The position numbers and the translations under genes were made by a program. Below the pieces are notes generated by a model. That model worked only from the letters and a program-made list of their open reading frames with translations. It did not search any database and had not been told where the DNA came from. Below are positions 27,560 through 38,200 of a stretch of DNA of 64,000 nucleotides, one piece after another (the stretch's first letter is position 1; every line of letters starts with the position of its first letter). The stretch is from Octopus vulgaris (lineage: Eukaryota): contig OX597826.1 in assembly GCA_951406725.2 (NCBI GenBank), forward strand, positions 64,108,001-64,172,000. Direction: 5' to 3'.

Positions 27560-30500
27560 CCATCACCATCATTTAACGTCTGTTGTCCATACTGGCATAT
27601 GTTAGATGGTTTGACCAGAGCTGGTAAACTAGGGGGTTGCACTAGACTCCAGTCTGATTTGACATTGTTTCTATGGCTGGATGCCCTTCCTAACACCAAC
27701 TACTTAACAGTGCACTGGTGCTTTTACATGGCACCATAAATATATATATATATATATACACATACATATACAGAGAGAGAGAGAGAGATAAGCATGGGCA
27801 TGTTTGATGGTTGAAAAATCTTGCTTCTCAACTATGTGGTCTCAGGTTCAGTCTCACTGTGCTGGACTGACCAAGGCCTTGTGAGTGGGTTTGGTGGATG
27901 AAAACTGAAAGAACCTTGTTCAGTATGTATGTATGTGTGTGTATACATGTGTGTTTATGTGTCTACCCTTGTCTTGACATTACATGATGGCTGCAAATGA
28001 GCATCATTGTCACACAAGCAAAGTTGTTTGTTTTCAGTCTTTCATGAAGCACATTTCTAGCTATGGGAAAATATTATCTTGCTTGGAAACAGGTGAAGGT
28101 TGGTAAGAGGAAGGTATCTGGCTGTAGAAAATTCGCCTCAATAAATTCTGTCTGAGCCATGGAAGCATGGAAAAGTAAACACAATGTTAAGGATGATGAT
28201 ACTGATTATATATATAATCTGTGTATGTGTGAAGGTGCATGGCTCAGTGGTAAGAGCATTGGGCTCACAATCATGAGGTAGTGAGTTTGATTCCTGGATC
28301 AGGCTGTGTGTTGTGTTCTTGAGCAAGACACTTCATTTCATGTTGCTCCAGTTCACTCAGCTGTAGAAATGAGTAGCAACGTCACTGGTTCCAAGCTGTA
28401 GTGGCCTTTGCCTTTCCCTTGGATAACATCATTGGCGTGGAGAGGGGAAGCTGGTATGCATGGGCGACTGCTAATCTTCCATGAACAATCATGCCTAGGC
28501 TTGTACCTCAGAGGGAAACTTTCAAGGTTCATCCCATGGGCATTCATAACTGAAGGGGGTCTTTTTTTAATATATATGACTGGCCTGGTGCAGCCTTCGG
28601 GCTTGCCAGACCCCAGTTGAACCGTCCAACCCATGCTAGCATGGAAAGCGGACGTTAAACGATGATGATGATGATGATGATGTATACAGGATGTGATGAA
28701 TAAATTGTCCTCTAAATTATGCAAAAATAAAAATAACACTGACATTTCATTTTAACAGATATATTTACCAAAATTACATAAAAATATCTGGAAATACTAA
28801 AGAGTAAATTTATTCAATAAAATCACCATTGGCTTCAACTACAGCCTCCAGACGACTTTGGAATCTCCTGCAACTCTTCTGGACGGTCTCCTTGTTTAAG
28901 TTGGTGAATGCAGCCATAATCCTTGCCATCAGTTCATCTTTGGTGTCACAAGGAGTTTCATTGGTCTCTAGCTCAGCTGCACCCCACACATAATAATCAA
29001 GAGGGTTGCACTCTGGAGTGTTAGGTAGCCAGATGTTAGGGGTGATGTATCTGACAGCCACGACTGGATTCTCCTGCATGTGTGGCATGGTGCAGAATCC
29101 TGTTGCCAGACATAGGGTCTTCCAGCTGCCATTCTCTTGACCCAGGGCAGCACAACCTCCTCCAGGCACTTGTGTAGGCCTCTGTGTTGAGTTTGAGGCC
29201 TTGTGGGAAGATGAGTGGAGGCATAACATCGCCATCACTAGTGATCACTTCAAACACCATGATGTTGACTGGATGTTTGATTTTTTGACAATCATGGTAC
29301 ATGTCCTTAGATTGTACTGTCCTCAGATTGACACCCAAATACTCTGAAATGTTCGTATTGGAGCTTCCAGCATAAATGCTAAGCAGTACAGCATGTTGTT
29401 TCCAAATTTCTGGCTGAGTGAATTGCATCATGGTGCTGTTTTTCTCACAGCTGGTGCCCAACTGACCCTACTAAACTATGCAGTGAACAAAATCAAGTAC
29501 AGACACTGCGTATGTGTGAAATTAAAAATAGAAAATGGCAACAATTTACCCATCGCACCGTATATATAATAGTGCATGTATATATATGTGCGTGTGTATA
29601 TATCTATATGAAATGGTATATAAGTATACATTTATATATATATATATATATATATATAAATATATATATCATCATCATCATCGTCTAACGTCCGCTTTCC
29701 ATGCTAGCATAGGCTGGACGGTTTGACTGTGGGCTGGCGAACCAGATGGCTGCACCAGGCTCCAATCTTGATCTGGCAGAGTTTCTACAGCTGGATACCC
29801 TTCCTAACGCCAACCACTCCGAGAGTGTAGTGGGTGCTTTTACGTGCCACCGGCACGGGTGGGCCAGTCATGCGGTACTGGCAACGACCTCGCTCAAATT
29901 TTTTTTATATATATATATATTATAGATCTGTATTCATTATGAATTATTTAAAAAAAATTTTTTTAATCTTTTTCCAGATCCTTCTTTAGGGAAAGACAAT
30001 GATAAAGAAGATTTGACCAATGCTAAAGTCAAACAGGAAAATGACAGAAATGAGAAAGCAGGCAGCAAAAGACAGCGCCGACAAAAGACACATGATATTA
30101 GTAAAGATGAAGAGAAGAAGGTAATAACTGTATGTTAAACTATTGAGAATTATTAGCTCTTCTCTTATATCAGCATGGCTTTGTGGTTAAGAGGTTTGCT
30201 TTGCAACCTGGTTTGTGGTTCAGTCCCACTGCACAGCACCTTCGGCCAGTGTCTTGCAATATAGCTCCAGGCTGACAAATGCCTTGTGAGTGGATTTGGT
30301 GGATGGAAACTGTGTAAGCCTGTTTGTTTGTGTGTGTGTGTCTTTGCATCTTTGTTAGTTCCCTCTCTTTCACTTGATAACTGGTGCTGGTTTGGTTATG
30401 TCTCTGTAACTGTATGGTTTGGCAAAAGGATTGATAGAATAATTACCAAACTTTAGAAAGTACTGGGGTTGATACTCTACGAGGCAGTGCCCAAGCATGG

Positions 30501-31634
30501 CCACAGTTTTATAACTGAAACAAGTGAAAGATAAAAAAGATATCAAACCATTATGTTGCTACTTATGGGTTCCCAGCAATTACTAATTCGCTACATTTTT
30601 GATGGTGAAAGTGACTTTAGAGCAGTGGTTTTCAACCAGGGTTCCGCGGAACCTTAGGGTTCCGCCAGTACAGTCCAAGGGTTCCGCAAGAAGTTACAAA
30701 ACTGCTAAAATCGGCAGTAATTTTTAATTCTCCTGTGCAGATATGTGTGCATAAGACTATTAAATTATTGCACAGGGGTTCCCCGAGCCAGTGGAATGTT
30801 TCCTTGGGGTTCCGCTCCAGCAAAAAGTTTGAAAAGCACTGCTTTAGAGCATACATCTATGCAACTTGGAAAGAGAATATACAAGAAATCCTTATTCAAA
30901 AAGCATAGGAGGGATTAACTCAAATAGTGAAGTTGTTGAGGGGGATTAACTCTGCACTTCTCAGAATTAAAATCATATATTTGAAGAAAAATTTTCTGAA
31001 AATAAACTTATTAATTACAGTGGAGCCTCAGGGTCAGTAAAATAAGTACCTGTTGAACACTGGGGTCAATGTAATTGATTATCTCTCTTCCCCCAAAACT
31101 TCAGGCTCTGTGCCTATAGTTGAAAGGATTATTATTATTGTTGTTAAGGCGGCGAGGTGGCAGAGTTGTTAGCATGCTGGGCAAAATTCCTAGCAGTATT
31201 TCATCTGTTGCTATATTCTAAGTTCAAATTCTGCTGAGGTCAACTTTGCTCTTCATCCTTTCAGGGTCAATGAAACACTAGGATCGATGTAATTGACTAG
31301 ACCCTGTGCCTTTAGTAGAAGAGGTTATTATTATTATTATTTTCTGTTTCAGGAGGAGAAAGACAGAGTGCCAAGAAAGAAGAAGAAGAGGAAAACTAAG
31401 AAAGAAAAGGAAAGTGAGAAATCTCCAATTGATCCACCTATCGATCCTGATGAGCCAACATACTGTGAATGTAACCAGGTGTCGTACGGAGAGATGATCG
31501 GCTGTGATAACGACTTGTGTCCTATAGAGTGGTTTCACTTCAGCTGTGTAAATTTGACTTCCAAACCAAAGGGGAAGTGGTACTGTCCAAAATGTCGTGG
31601 GGACAAGAGCAATGTGAAACGACAGGACAAGTAG
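6934..31634 (+). CDS. ING1: Inhibitor of growth protein (ING1/ING2-type), join(6934..7075,27155..27355,29978..30120,31353..31634), 255 aa
   Basis: Four exons with GT-AG boundaries and compatible phases (1,1,0) total 768 nt. N-terminal ING domain ([18 protein letters not shown]...QEIGDEKL), basic NLS ([17 protein letters not shown]) and C-terminal PHD finger ([30 protein letters not shown]...KGKWYCPKC) match the ING1/ING2 consensus. ING1 versus ING2 cannot be resolved in an invertebrate. Confidence 0.95.
8829..9375. repeat. About 550-bp compound (CA)n/(TA)n microsatellite
   Basis: Directly visible; source of spurious Y/I/C/V/H/T ORFs. Confidence 0.97.
11146..11590 (+). mobile_element. Short non-autonomous element between (TA)n tracts with a hammerhead-like core (Penelope pseudo-LTR-like)
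   Basis: Related sequence at 43645-43850; hammerhead fold at 11431-11493 followed by AATAAA. Confidence 0.55.
11431..11493 (+). ncRNA. Minimal type I hammerhead ribozyme-like motif (U4C variant, weak stem II)
   Basis: attctagcaaaaactgt-CCGATGA-acggcaatgc-GAAAC-tcaga-GTA-acaggttttgtagaat; stem I about 15 bp. Confidence 0.55.
13188..13459. mobile_element. Palindromic MITE-like element with about 110-bp imperfect arms
   Basis: gtttcacacctattatactcttagcaatatcagc vs gctgatattgctaagagcataataggtgtgaaac; ends tatttaatg...cattaaata. Confidence 0.7.
14971..15548. mobile_element. Possible solo LTR
   Basis: TGT...ACA termini, inserted between (CT)n and (CA)n tracts; no second copy in the window to confirm. 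Confidence 0.3.
16340..16560 (+). mobile_element. Decayed RTE-type reverse transcriptase fragment
   Basis: [12 protein letters not shown] and TDIDCADNI resemble RT motifs (SPxLFN, DxDYADD). Confidence 0.5.
16587..17232 (-). mobile_element. SINE-like element with Meta-domain-like core and (GAT)n tail; family copies at 26643-26962(+), 27560-27735(-), 29669-29900(-), 35450-35735(+), 42076-42460(-), 61305-61848(+)
   Basis: Shared core gttggcgttaggaagggcatccagc, tail ggacgttaaacgatgatgat, internal tandem gtgccaccggcac units. Confidence 0.85.
17917..18250 (-). mobile_element. Bipartite non-autonomous RTE-X-like element (5' end joined to 3' end, (TAAG)n tail)
   Basis: 5' motif ctcaatgatcctgagag...ggagtgtaagctcctagtaggg resembles RTE-X/Expander 5' ends (recalled); tail ttaagtaagtaa. 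Confidence 0.5.
22941..23281. repeat. 130-bp near-perfect inverted repeat (22941-23070 / 23152-23281) in a Penelope-like remnant
   Basis: 2 mismatches counted; the 81-bp spacer includes a SINE fragment. Confidence 0.92.
23000..23088 (-). ncRNA. Hammerhead ribozyme core with long stem II and palindromic stem III
   Basis: Minus strand CTGATGA-gaaagctgca...tgcagacttc-GAAACATATGTC; stem I disrupted. Confidence 0.55.
23829..24270 (-). mobile_element. tRNA-head SINE with internal (TA)/(CA) microsatellite; family copies e.g. 40357-40782(+), 12190-12510(-), 14279-14922(+, split), 21136-21760(+), 30170-30535(+)
   Basis: Box A/B-like head (tggctgtgtgg...ggttcagtccc), conserved body, tail gaaacaagtaaaagagtaaa. 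Confidence 0.88.
25116..26398 (+). mobile_element. Full-length (1283 bp) but inactivated mariner (DD34D, Hsmar1/cecropia-like)
   Basis: 27-bp TIRs (T[G/T]AGGTCGTCAAGTAT[G/A]AAATTTGTAG), TA TSD, WVSHEL, QDNA and [16 protein letters not shown] motifs; multiple stops. Confidence 0.93.
27155..27355 (+). CDS. ING1: ING exon 2 ([10 protein letters not shown]...[10 protein letters not shown])
   Basis: Polypyrimidine tract plus ttccag acceptor; donor AG|GTAAGT; ING coiled-coil domain motifs. Confidence 0.93.
28687..29560 (-). mobile_element. Internally deleted Tc1/mariner (maT-like) element
   Basis: Degenerate TIRs; WQQDSAPCH and [10 protein letters not shown] motifs. Confidence 0.8.
29978..30120 (+). 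CDS. ING1: ING exon 3 ([48 protein letters not shown]); not in the ORF track
   Basis: ctttttccag acceptor, open frame, AAG|GTAATA donor; phases bridge exons 2 and 4; contains a KRQRR NLS-like motif. Confidence 0.9.
30623..30841. mobile_element. hAT (Charlie/Buster-type) MITE, 219 bp
   Basis: TIR CAGTGGTTTTCAA...TTGAAAAGCACTG; perfect 8-bp TSD CTTTAGAG (30615-30622, 30842-30849). Confidence 0.93.
31353..31634 (+). CDS. ING1: ING exon 4, NLS plus PHD finger, stop TAG
   Basis: tttctgtttcag acceptor; C4HC3 PHD finger. Confidence 0.96.
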   Translation, partial: EEKDRVPRKKKKRKTKKEKESEKSPIDPPIDPDEPTYCECNQVSYGEMIGCDNDLCPIEWFHFSCVNLTSKPKGKWYCPKCRGDKSNVKRQDK

Positions 31635-31901
31635 CTCTCAATCTGTCCCTTTTCCTGAACAACTCATCTCATCCCTCATGTGTGCTTGTGTGTGTGTGTA
31701 TGTATGTGTGTGTGTGTGCATGTGTGTCTGTCTCTGTGCCATGTATGTTTCAGTTTTTTAATATACCATGGTGCAGTTACTCTCAACCATTACATTCAAC
31801 AAGAACCGACAGCAACATCAGTAATAACAATAAAAAAAAAAATGAAAGAAACAAATATCTTGTTCAGTAAGACACTTCTCACATTCAACAATTTGTTAGG
31901 A

Positions 31902-31936
<35 letters not shown>

Positions 31937-32288
31937 TAACTCTTTGTTTAGCAGTCCTTCACCACCACCACCCCTGCCCACTTCCTGTCTGTTTCTCTAA
32001 GTGTACTGTGTTTCTGTGTTCTATTAGGACATGACAACATATTGCTGTCATGGTAACTTAGTTTTTCTTTACCCCTTCCACCCCATGTCTTCTAGTGTAA
32101 TGTGACTAAACAAGACAAAAAAAAAAGAAAGGAAGAAAAATGATAGTCTGTTGGTTGTTGAGTGAGTAACTGAAAGTGAAGTTAAGATGGACATATATAC
32201 ATGAAAAACATCAGTCAGTTTGGTTGTGGATTATAGCACTGGCAATTTATTGTAACCTATATTATTAGCATTATTATTGTTATTATTA

Positions 32289-33575
32289 GGCATTGAATGA
32301 GCAGAATCGTTAGCACGTCAGACAAAATGTTTAGTGGCATTTCGTCCATCTAAGTTCAAATTCCACTGAGGTCAACTTTACCTTTCATCCTTTTGGGGGT
32401 CGATAAATTAAGTACCAATGAAACATGGGTTGGTGTAATCGATTAGTCCCCTCCCACCAAATTTCAGGCTTTGGGATGATGATGATGATGTGCCTATAGT
32501 CAAAAAAGATTATTATTATTATTATTATTAGGCAGTGAACGAGCAGAGTTGTTAGTATGTCAGACAAAATAGCTTAGTAGCATTTCGAAGTACTGGGGAA
32601 CATAATTCACTGCCCCGTCCCACTCAAAATTGCTGGCCTTGTGTCAAAATTTGAAGCAATTATTATTATCATCATTATTATTATTATTATTATTATTATT
32701 AAGGTGGCAAGCTGGCAGAATTGTTAGCATGTTGGGCGAAATACTTAGCAGCATTTTGTCTACCGCTATGTTCTGAGTTCAAATTCGACCTTGCCTTTCA
32801 TCCTTTCAGGGTCGATAAATTAAGTACCAGTTGCGTACTGGGGTCGATCTAATAGACTGACCTCCTCTCCAGAAATTTTGGGCCTTGTGCCTATAATAGA
32901 AAGAATTATTAATATTATTATTTTTATTAGATGAGTTGGCAGAACTGTTAGCACATGAAACGAAATACTGAGTGACATTTTGTCAGTCTACATTCTGAGT
33001 TCAGATTCCACTGAGGTTGACTGTACCTTTCGTTCTTTTGAGATTGATAAAATAAGTACCAGTTGAACTCTGGGGTTGATGTAATTGACTTATCCACTCC
33101 CCACAAAATTTTAAGCTTTCTGCCTATAGTAGGAAAGGATTATTATTAACACTCTGGGGAAAATGCTTAGTGGTATTTCGTCTGTCGCTACATTCTGAGT
33201 TCAAATTCTGCCAGGGTCGACTTTGCCTTTCATCCTTTCAGGGTTGATTAAATAAGTACCAATTGTGCACTGGGGTCAATGTAATCGACTTAATCCCTTC
33301 CCCCAGATTTGAGGCCTTGTGCTTCCAGTAGAAAGGATTATTATTATTACTATTATGAGACAGCGAGCTGGCAAAAATTTATATGTCAGATGAAATGCTT
33401 AGTGGCATTTCATCGGCCTTTATATTCTAAGTTCAAATTCTGCCAAAGTCAGTGTTGCCTTTCATCCTTTCGGGGTCGATAAAATAAGTACCAGTTGAAC
33501 ACTGGGGTTAATGTGATCACCTTTCCCCTTCCCCCGAAATTGCTGGCCTTGTGCCAAGATTTGAAGCCATTATTA
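32289..33575 (+). mobile_element. Head-to-tail array of about 6 Nin/Deu-domain-like tRNA SINEs separated by (TTA)n tails
   Basis: Repeated gcagaatcgttagcac...gagttcaaattc...cctttcatcctttcggggtcgataaattaagtaccagtt; same family at 31030-31340, 39232-39630(-), 39822-40056(+), 53340-53530(-). Confidence 0.88.
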
Positions 33576-35148
33576 TTTTGAGAGAGATAGATAAATGAAA
33601 CAGTTAGCATTGTGTAAATATTTTGATATGGTTTCAAGCACCTTTCCTTGGTGAAAGGAAGAAAAAATATGTCATGCTATAAATATGGTTTTTCATTCAC
33701 AAAAATGACAATTCTTCATCCTACCACAACCACAAAAAAGAAAAAAAATGTATTCATATAAAATGATTTAAAGCAAAAACGAAAAAAAATGTACTCACAA
33801 ACCATTCTCTGATATTTTACCAGAGACTACATCAATCTAAAACTTTCATCAAGTAAACATTTTTTCCTCTTCATTCCTGTCATTTCATTAAATTAATCAT
33901 TATATCTTAAAAATATCAATTTAGAAAAGTACTCTTGTGTTGTTGTTTCTTGTTTTTTTTTTTTTCTTTTCTATTATTGTTTTTTTCTGCAAACAAAACT
34001 TAATCCATTGTTCTTTCTCCCATTATTTATTTATTTATTTAACAAGAACCTGCTCTGTCCCACCTCTCATACCTTAACCCTCATCTCCAAACTTAAAGAT
34101 GCTGTGATCCCCACCTCTCAGGTTTCATAGTCTTGTGAGCTACAGGATGGCCTCACCAATGTCAGTGGCATGCAAGATGCTTCTAGTATATGCTTGCTAT
34201 AAAATGGTTGGCATTTAGAAGGGCATCTAGTCATAGAAACTATGCCAAAGCAGACACTGGTGCATGATACAATCCTTGGACCCATAAAAGCCTGTCAAAG
34301 TGTCCAACTCATGCCAGCATAAAACAGTGACATTAAATGATGATAATGTTGATTAACTACTCCAGTAATATTTGATCTCCATAGCATGGAAAGCGGACGC
34401 TAAACGATGATGATGATGATGATGATGTGAATTTAAGTTTAAGGGAAAATTAAGTTTATACAAAAGTAGAGAAAATGATTCGCTATTATTTCTTGTAATA
34501 ACGGTTGAAATAGTTTGAAAATGATGTTTCTTTCTAAATAGGACATTTCAGATATTGAAACACCTTTTGAGTTTGCAAGATATTACAGCAAAATATTGCT
34601 TTCCTATGATTAGGTAAAAGGCAAAATTTTGTTGATTGTCTCATCCTCATTCTATTATTGATACTCGGTTTATTAACTGTGGAGGGCTGAAGAGTAAAGT
34701 GAATCTGAGTAATATTTAAATACAGAACACAGAAAAGTGGACCTGCTCTATCATTTCTGCCACTGCCTTTATCATAGCAAGATACTCTCTTCCAATACCC
34801 AGAATATTTAACGTTTTAAAATGTGAAACCAGAACACACAAATAGACTTATATATCAATGATTTAATTAAAAATTACATTCCAAAATGTTTTTAAGGTCC
34901 CTATTAATCTTAAAATTATTTAGAGTAAATCAAATTCATTTTAGATTATTTTAGCAAATTATGTTCATGATATTCAAAATAGCATAAAAATAGTTGTTCA
35001 AATTCATTTTTAGATCATTTTAGCAAATTGTGTTCAATTATCTAATATCAATTCAAAATAACATAAAAATCGTTGTTGGCTTTCATAATTTGATTTAGCT
35101 TCCTTTCCTAGGTTTTTTAATAACAAATTTGAACTGTGTATAATTACA

Positions 35149-35292
35149 TTACATTGGTGCTTCCCTGGGCTGTATAAGAATTTCGTTAACGGCAGCATAT
35201 TCTGGTTGTGATGTAGCGTAAATGCAAGCTTGTGCAACATCATCAGGCTCTAATATCTTTATTTTATTGTGAATATCATACAAATTAATTGC
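35149..35292 (-). CDS. SDR-A last exon ([47 protein letters not shown])
   Basis: ttttacag acceptor, TAA at 35149-35151. Confidence 0.92.
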   Translation of the reverse strand, partial: AINLYDIHNKIKILEPDDVAQACIYATSQPEYAAVNEILIQPREAPM

Positions 35293-38200
35293 CTGTAAAA
35301 TGGAAGAAAAATGAAAATACATCTATAAGTAAACTTAGAATCAACTAGTCAGGTGTAATAAGCTATGCTTTTAAAGTAGGTAATGCAAGAAGAAGAAATA
35401 GCGATGTAAGAAGGTTGATAATATGAAGTACATTGTTTATGTAACTATCCGAACGTTGCTGTAGCCAGCGCCGCATTGACTGGCCTCCATGCCGGTGGCA
35501 CGTAACAAACACCATCCGATCGTGGCCGTTGCCAGCCTCGCCTGGCACCTGTGTCAGTGGCACGTAAGAAGCACCCACTACACTCATGGAGTGGTTGGCG
35601 TTAGGAAGGGCATCCAGCTGTAGAGACACTGCCAGATCAGACTGGGCATGGTGCAGCCTTCGGGCTTCCCAGACCCCAGTTGAACCATCCAACCCATGCT
35701 AGCATGGAAAACGGACGCTAAACGATGATGATGTTGATTTACAAACTTTGAGGGGCATGAAATAATTAGGTTTTATTGATGAAGTTCCAAATAATAACAT
35801 GTAAATACTGGGTTAAAAACCCTTCAAGATAGAAAAAGTGAAAGGCTGCCTGTGGGACATTTCTATTCAATGGTTATTTTTAAAATTCTCATTGGTAAGA
35901 AGAAAGCTTGTAAAATGGGTGGAGAAATTTGAAGGATTGCTTTGGTCCAATAGTGGAATGTCTGTTAAATTTACAAAAGATGTAGTTTTCTCTCCAACAG
36001 GCAGCTTTTTTCTATCCAAAGGGTTTTTAAACCTGATATTTATATGCTATTATTTAGTTTTATCTAATTCTCAAAGACAAGTGGAACAGAGGAGGATGTG
36101 AGGTCTGGGATCTGCAGTTTTCAACTGGTCTTGTTCAAAGCCATCTCTTTCAAAACAAAAATTCACTTCTTCAATTCCAATGTCAAGGTCATTCTTGATG
36201 GGTTAGAAATTTGGAGGGTCATTAAAGCCATAAAGAGTAAGCTACAGGCCTTTGTCAACAAATGTCTGCACTACATCCTCAAGATCTTGTGGCGAGAGAA
36301 AATTTCAAACAGAAGTCTGTGAAATAGAACAAGATGAACTCCCATCGATCAAGAAATTCTAAAAAGGAAATGGGGCTGGATTGGTAACACTCTAAGGAAG
36401 TTTCCAAACAGCATTGCAAGACAAGTGTTAGACTGACAGCCTGAAGGAAAGAGGAAAGTTAGATGACCTAAAACCTGGAAGGGATATGTGGGGGATGGAC
36501 CAAAAACTGGCATGAAATGGTTGTAGCCATATGCTCCTTATGGAGTAATGTGGACTAAACTTTAAAAAATGGCCAAAACAGCTATAGCTTACATCTCTGG
36601 TGTCACATTTTTTAGAGCCAAAACCACCTCGATATCATATTGTCCATGTGATAGCTCAGTTCAGTATTAGATTTTCATAGTAAAATATATTTTAATATAA
36701 ACTTTTGGAAATTGATGTTTTGATATTGGCTATCAAAATACACCAATGGAGAAGTTCTTAACTGGATCAAGCTGAATCTGTTGCTGGAAGCTAGAATTAC
36801 CAAGCATAGATTGGCATATTTTGGTCATATTATGCAGAGAAAATCCCTGGAGAAGGACATCATGCTCGGAATGGTCAGTGGCAAGAGAAGAAGAGGCCAA
36901 ACAAGAACCCGCTGGCTTGACACCATTAAGAGTGACATGGGAATGGCCATAGCCAATCTGAAAGAAGCGACCCAGGATAGGACTGGCTGGAGAACACTAA
37001 TCCATCAAGTAACCGAGAGTCAACTTCGACTGAGCGGATAAGAGAGATCAAAATACATAGTGTAAACTTTTACTTTATTCTTGTCAAATTGAGCATCAGT
37101 CTGGAAATTTGTCTAATGTCACAATGAGTAGTGAAACAGCTAATATTAATTATCCTATTCAAAACCTTTTAGGAATCTGATACAAGTACAACACCAACTT
37201 TCCAAATGCCAACGGTTCAGAATCTTCTATAATCTGTATAAATAACAAGTACTTGTATTTCATTTAATCAATTAAGTAAATTTGATATTTGTTTGAGAGT
37301 GTGTAGGTCAATGTGATCACTCAGTTTGCAAAAATAAGTAACCCAGAAAAGCTTTGGAACCAAACATTTTGGAAGAACATCATTGTACTTGTATTTTATT
37401 TATGTTTGTTCTAGGTAAGCAGTGAAAGGAATTAAATGCTAAATACCTCTTGATCTGTTGTATGATTTAATATCTCTGTTTCCACATCACCTGGTTGAAG
37501 ACATGTTACTCGTATTCCCAAGGAAGCCACTTCTAGTCTTAGAGCTTGGGATAAACCTTCAACAAAGAATTTTGATCCAGAATATACAGCTAAACCAGGA
37601 AACCCCTGAAAAATAGGGATTGGGAGAAAATAATAAATATATAGTGACGTATATTTGCCATTTGAATATGGCTAACCCCTAAGGGTGGATGCTACTGTAG
37701 TTTGTAGCCCCAGAAGGACACCTCCTCCAGCTGGCTATAGACACACTTTCTGTGCCCTATCAGTATTTGCGAAGGGAAGCCATCCTTCCCGTCTTCAACT
37801 TATGATACACACGGACTTGAGTTTCAGGGTATTGACCCGTCATCGGCGTGTGACAATCATAGTTGTTGATGAGAAGTCGGTTCCCTTCACAAATACATAT
37901 ACTTTTTCCAATATCGATTGACACTGATATTGAAAAAGTGAAATCAAACAATGATAAATCTATAAATAAATATATATATATTTTTATTAGACATGTGGTT
38001 TCAGATTTATGACAGAAAATTTGATTAAATGAGGTTGATGCCTTTCTGAAAGGTATTATCAATGTGAGATGATGTGGGTGCAATTTAGAATTGAAAACTA
38101 GTCACTGATGTGATGAGCTGATTTGTTGCTGCTCTTTGGGCATAGATGATTTGGCACAAATGATTAGTTATTCAGCTTTTGTTGATGACTATTATTTTGT

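Noticed and set aside
31829-31834. AATAAA as the ING poly(A) signal
   Set aside because: Part of an A-run; the 3' end cannot be determined from sequence alone
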